Source: Nitrospinaceae bacterium
GTDB taxonomy: Bacteria > Nitrospinota > Nitrospinia > Nitrospinales > Nitrospinaceae
Reading direction: 5' to 3'
DNA length: 64,000 nucleotides
NCBI GenBank assembly: GCA_965237905.1
Contig: OZ250172.1
Coordinates: 1,312,001-1,376,000 of the forward strand
Positions 59,772-64,000 of this stretch are shown one piece after another. The notes under the pieces are model-generated. The model saw nothing but the letters and a program-made list of their open reading frames with translations. It did not search any database and was not told the DNA's origin. The first letter of the stretch is position 1. Each line of letters begins with the position of its first letter. The position numbers and the translations under genes were made by a program.

Positions 59772-60869
59772 GTGAAAAAAGATGAAATGTGGCTGCTGAG
59801 AAATCTAGAGAGTCTTCTCATTCTGATCATTCTTATAAGCGTGATGCTTATAAATTTTTTCATTTATTCCAAGGTCGCTTTTCTCAATTTTTATTATCTA
59901 CCCGTCATCATTGGAGGTTATTACCTTGGAAGACGGCTGGCTGTGCTGGGAGCTTTTTTTACCATTCTTATGGTCTGGGTTTTTGTGCTGGCCAACCAGG
60001 AAATATATCTCTTCCACAGTACGAAGTTTGATCTTTATTTCAATCTTACCGTTTGGGGCTGTTTTCTCGTGATTACGGGCTGGGTGATCGGTTTTCTGGC
60101 AGAAAAGCTCAGGGAGGATCTCAACATCAGCAACAAGCTTCGGGTGGAATTAGAACGCAGTAACCAGGACTTGGAGGATTTTGCCTTCATTGCTTCACAT
60201 GACCTGCAGGAGCCCTTGCGCAAAATCCATGTTTTTGGAGATTTATTGAAACAATCTTCTGTCAAGCCGTTGGATCCAAAAAGTCAAAAACATATGGATC
60301 GTATGTTGGCTTCCACTCAACGTGCGCAAACTTACCTCAATGATTTGTTAAGCTACTCTCAAATCAGATCCAAATCGCGGCCCACTACTCCCGTAAATTT
60401 AAACGAACTCATTCAAGATATATTCCTTCACTTCAGTCTGGTCATCAACAAAACGAACGCTCAAGTGGAATCCGATACTTTGCCTACTGTGATCGCTGAT
60501 CAATATATGATGAGACAACTATTTCAAAACCTGATTGGAAATGCTTTGAAATTCGCCAAACCCGGACAATCTCCAAAGATCAAAATCTATAATCATTTCA
60601 ATAATAACGAATTCTTTGAAATTATTGTGCAGGATGAGGGCATTGGGTTTAATACCTCCTATTTGAATAACATGGTCAAACCCTTTAAGAAACTTCATGG
60701 GAAAGACCAATATGAGGGAGGCGGTATGGGCCTGACTATCTGTATGAAAGTTGTAAGGGTTCATGGGGGCCGGCTGACGGCAAACAGCAAACCCGGCGAA
60801 GGCTCTCAGTTCATCATCCATCTCCCCAGAAACCCCGATAAATCCCAACCCTCCATTTCAAATCCGTAA
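59772..60869 (+). CDS. Membrane sensor histidine kinase
   Basis: ASHDLQEPLR H-box, QNLIGNALKF, DEGIG, GMGL..C, G.GS.F. Confidence 0.93.
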   Translation: MKKDEMWLLRNLESLLILIILISVMLINFFIYSKVAFLNFYYLPVIIGGYYLGRRLAVLGAFFTILMVWVFVLANQEIYLFHSTKFDLYFNLTVWGCFLVITGWVIGFLAEKLREDLNISNKLRVELERSNQDLEDFAFIASHDLQEPLRKIHVFGDLLKQSSVKPLDPKSQKHMDRMLASTQRAQTYLNDLLSYSQIRSKSRPTTPVNLNELIQDIFLHFSLVINKTNAQVESDTLPTVIADQYMMRQLFQNLIGNALKFAKPGQSPKIKIYNHFNNNEFFEIIVQDEGIGFNTSYLNNMVKPFKKLHGKDQYEGGGMGLTICMKVVRVHGGRLTANSKPGEGSQFIIHLPRNPDKSQPSISNP

Positions 60870-60945
60870 GCCCGAAAGAAGCCTCGGTCCCCTAACACGC
60901 CGGAGAAAAGTTCACTAATACTGATGGAAGGGGGCGGAGGAAGGT

Positions 60946-61458
60946 TTAGGGGCAGGCCGGATTGTTTCGACCCACTATATCAAAAGTACCGGTGTATAAA
61001 CCGACGGTCTGGCCAGCGGGGACTGAAATAGTCCCGCCAATCAACAGGATATCGTTACCCGCTGTTCCAGCAAAATTGCGGCAACGGTTATTCGCTGAAG
61101 TGGTTCCCGGGCTGGTACAGGTCAGCTGGGTCATGGTGATGTTGGTGCCCGGACCGGACAGAGGCCCGGTCGTAAGCCTGATCTGTCTTGCTTGAGACCC
61201 AAGACAGGAGTTTATCAAAACCTGTGCATTGTTGGCTCCGCCCAAGTGAGTGACGGTGCCGGTGACGCTGACGGTCCCGGTATTGGATATTGTGACGGTT
61301 CCGCCTGCCACCCCTGGATCGATCAAACCAAAGGCCAGGGGTTGGATCTCGGTAAACGTTGCGGGCCCGGGCATCGCCCTGGCGTCCGAGGGTGAAACGT
61401 TCAGCCCAGCGACTGCCAGAAAACCTATCAATAATTTCAGATAAATATTCTTATTCAT
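60946..61458 (-). CDS. DUF4402-like secreted fimbrial-type subunit
   Basis: Signal peptide; L.FG......GTVT, IGG...V...Q..G.Y.G.F. Confidence 0.7.
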   Translation of the reverse strand: MNKNIYLKLLIGFLAVAGLNVSPSDARAMPGPATFTEIQPLAFGLIDPGVAGGTVTISNTGTVSVTGTVTHLGGANNAQVLINSCLGSQARQIRLTTGPLSGPGTNITMTQLTCTSPGTTSANNRCRNFAGTAGNDILLIGGTISVPAGQTVGLYTGTFDIVGRNNPACP

Positions 61459-61571
61459 ATTATGGTGTGTACTTCAAGGGCTGGATTGCTCAATGCCCTG
61501 CATAACCCGAGGCCACTAAAGGCCCTGGGATCAGCAGAGATTTCGCATAATAACATCAAAGAAGTTAAAGC

Positions 61572-62090
61572 TTAGAAGAATCCAGCAGTAACTTCAATGG
61601 TTCCCGTGTAAACACCAACAGCTTGGCTGGGACCCACAGTCAGTACGCCGCCAATCTGGACGTTCTCAACACCGCCGGCGGAAGTAAACGTACAACTGCC
61701 GTTATTAGTACCTAAAGCACCGCCCGGTCCCTGGCAGTTGCCTACGATATTCATGATGCCTGGTCCGGTCAGAGTGGTTCCCGTTACGAAAACTTGTACG
61801 TTATCGGCAGCTGCGGGACCGGTAGTAGAGGCTACGCCACCTACTTCACCACCCAGGAGTGTTATATCGGGATCGGCGGAAATCGTTCCACCCGCATTAA
61901 AGGTGACGTCCCCACCCACAACACCCACCGTGAATGAACCAAAGTTGAGAGGAGTGACCTCGGCAACCGTGACACTAGCGAGTACGGTAGCGCTGGTATT
62001 AATAGGGGTCGCGCTGGCATTATAAGCAAAACCAAATACAGCCAAAAAACTGAAAAGTGCAATTGACTTAAAGTTAAGTTTTCCAAACAT
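61572..62090 (-). CDS. DUF4402-like secreted fimbrial-type subunit
   Basis: Signal peptide; LNFG, IGG.LTV...Q..G.Y.G...VT...F. Confidence 0.75.
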   Translation of the reverse strand: MFGKLNFKSIALFSFLAVFGFAYNASATPINTSATVLASVTVAEVTPLNFGSFTVGVVGGDVTFNAGGTISADPDITLLGGEVGGVASTTGPAAADNVQVFVTGTTLTGPGIMNIVGNCQGPGGALGTNNGSCTFTSAGGVENVQIGGVLTVGPSQAVGVYTGTIEVTAGFF

Positions 62091-62208
62091 GATATTGTTC
62101 CTTTTTTCTTATATTAATAATATATTTCCTAACAAAACACATAAATAGAACATAGATTTTTCATCTATTTAGCGTAAGGGGCTTCCCCCTGTACACTCCA
62201 AAAAAATA

Positions 62209-63999
62209 TTAATTTTTAGCCACTTGATATACATCTTTCCATTTCACCCGGGCAACCGAGTGCTTGCGGTTGACTTCAACTTTTTGAAGTTGCTGCCGGG
62301 CTCGAACTTCATATATTTTGAAGCGGAGTTTTTCAAACAGGAAAAATCCATCAAATTCAGCATGAGTACTGGCAATGACTTTCCCATCTTCGATCAATTC
62401 AACCCGCTCACCCGGCTCGGCCTGGCCTTCGATTTCTCCTGTTTCCCATACGGGAATATTCATCGTGTTGATGTGGGTTGGGCGAGGCCGGACCGCCACC
62501 GCAGGATTAGAAACCATAAAAGGATCAGGGAGTGTATTCTCATCGATTTTAAGTCGAGCCAAACGGTAGGCCGGGCCCTTAAAAGCGATCATGCCATTTT
62601 TACCTGACTCCTCGGAGTGGTTTTTAAGCCGCACATTTTCAAGAAGCTCGTCTGTTTCGCTGTTGTACTTTCCATCCTGATCATGATCCAGAAATACGCG
62701 CACATTGACCGTCCCTATGTTGGTGCTCGGGTTTCGGCTCACCTGGTATCCCCCTGATGCATTCGGGCTCAATGAGAAGGTGACAGAAGCGATCACTTGA
62801 AAATCCCGCTCGGTGGAATAACTCCCGGTAACTCCCAACCCGATCTTTTTACCCTGCCACAGGAGGCTTTGGCTGATTACGTAATCCTTTTGACCGATCA
62901 AATTCTTTACGATGTTCAACCTTAAAGTCATATCATCAACAGGCCGGTAATCCAACGTACCCCGAACCGTCCTGATTTCAGCCTCGGGATGAACCTCATA
63001 GTTCAAACTGGTGCGTAACAGCAGTTTCGGGTGGATCCGCCCGTTGACCAGAAGATTTCCGCGCGTAAACTCATTTCCTCCGCCGAAGTTTGCCTCCATA
63101 TCATGGGTCAGCGAAACCGGGCCGACACTGCCGGACATTTTTCCGCTGTATTTGTAACGGGTCACATCAAAGGTGTCGACCTTCTGTTCAGCGGCAAGCC
63201 CCAGAAAAATACTATCAAATCCTCTATTGAGCCTAAGGGTTCTGCGTCTTTTAAGATTTGGCTCACGATCGGTTTTGAGATCGAAAAATTCCACATGGTT
63301 GTATTGCACCCCCCAACCCTGAATACGGCTCAAAAACGAAGATTGAATTCCATACCCATCATTATCATCTGCCAGAAAATCCATTTTCAGGGAACTGCCA
63401 AAATATGATGTCTGAAAACCGACTTTCCCCAGGGTCTTTCTTTCCAGGGTGCTTGACATAAACGAAGTGACCGAGCTGGTAAGGGTCAGCCTTTTAGACA
63501 ATCCGTAAAACACTTCTCCGAATCCCCGGATTCCCTCAATATGAGCCCGCGTTTGACTGTTGCGTCCTAAAAAAATATTCTCTCCCTGCTCAATAACACT
63601 GAAGCGGGACCACAATTTTCCCTCGGGGGCCATACCTCTGCCAATATTCACGAGCTGGGATTCCTGACGGACCTGACCCTGCGGACCATAAAATTTAAGA
63701 ATGATATTGTTCTCACCAAACAGGAGCGGTATATCTCGAAATATAAACCGGCCACTGCCATCACTTTTTCTGAAATCCAAAAGGGTATTTCCTCTATACA
63801 GTTCCACCTCCCAACCGTCCAGCAGATCTCCTGTGATCGTGTCCGTATCAAATTGGGTTGCATTCTCTATAGGGAACGTTGAGAAATTGATTCCCCGGCC
63901 CGCGTCCGCCTGCGCCACCAATTCTATCGGAGGAGCAAAGACATCCCCCAACCGGACAAACCAGTCGGAATTTAACCGCTCCCATGTAAGGCGCAGGTC
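62209..63999 (-). CDS. Usher-like outer-membrane protein (5' partial, continues beyond window)
   Basis: LGD, GWEVELYR...L.D....G.F.F..PL..G.N......YGPQG, beta-strand-rich body, V.VFLD.D.DG; frame open to window edge. Confidence 0.7.
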   Translation of the reverse strand, partial: DLRLTWERLNSDWFVRLGDVFAPPIELVAQADAGRGINFSTFPIENATQFDTDTITGDLLDGWEVELYRGNTLLDFRKSDGSGRFIFRDIPLLFGENNIILKFYGPQGQVRQESQLVNIGRGMAPEGKLWSRFSVIEQGENIFLGRNSQTRAHIEGIRGFGEVFYGLSKRLTLTSSVTSFMSSTLERKTLGKVGFQTSYFGSSLKMDFLADDNDGYGIQSSFLSRIQGWGVQYNHVEFFDLKTDREPNLKRRRTLRLNRGFDSIFLGLAAEQKVDTFDVTRYKYSGKMSGSVGPVSLTHDMEANFGGGNEFTRGNLLVNGRIHPKLLLRTSLNYEVHPEAEIRTVRGTLDYRPVDDMTLRLNIVKNLIGQKDYVISQSLLWQGKKIGLGVTGSYSTERDFQVIASVTFSLSPNASGGYQVSRNPSTNIGTVNVRVFLDHDQDGKYNSETDELLENVRLKNHSEESGKNGMIAFKGPAYRLARLKIDENTLPDPFMVSNPAVAVRPRPTHINTMNIPVWETGEIEGQAEPGERVELIEDGKVIASTHAEFDGFFLFEKLRFKIYEVRARQQLQKVEVNRKHSVARVKWKDVYQVAKN

Positions 64000-64000
64000 T

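Overview
Bacterial chromosomal window. The backbone looks like a Nitrospinota/Deltaproteobacteria-like lineage; this is an inference from gene content, not checked by search. The left backbone (1-13.5 kb) holds c-type cytochromes, DUF1015, engB, a 2Fe-2S ferredoxin, amgK-like kinase, lptG, ppx, paralogous lipoproteins, ilvB, sspB, a His-rich Spy/CpxP protein and tRNA-His, -Arg(UCG) and -Pro(UGG). A ~39 kb genomic island sits in the 3' end of tRNA-Pro. It is bounded by an exact 17-bp direct repeat (13518-13534 and 52536-52552), with a probable displaced terminator after the right copy. No integrase is recognisable, and a DnaB remnant is cut exactly at the right att. Its ~32 kb cargo is a regulator-free amino-acid catabolic cluster: tryptophanase, split IcmF-type B12 mutase, methylcitrate genes, fused indolepyruvate:ferredoxin oxidoreductase, beta-oxidation genes, thiolase-DUF35 pair, homogentisate pathway, acetoacetate-CoA ligase, heme-oxygenase-like diiron enzyme and NSS transporter. 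The cargo is flanked on both sides by arrays of roughly regularly spaced 7-mer-TTT-7-mer doublets, in which the 7-mer changes from unit to unit. A tRNA-Leu relic lacking its D arm lies just upstream of tnaA. The right part of the island is debris: UmuC, DnaE and LicD fragments, an amber-interrupted gene, nested palindromic motifs and a TPM pair. The right backbone holds yqhA, two FKBPs, a TPR-FGE protein, a PAS-only sensor, tRNA-Arg(UCU), a histidine kinase and a DUF4402/usher-like fimbrial locus. No CRISPR array or rRNA was seen.
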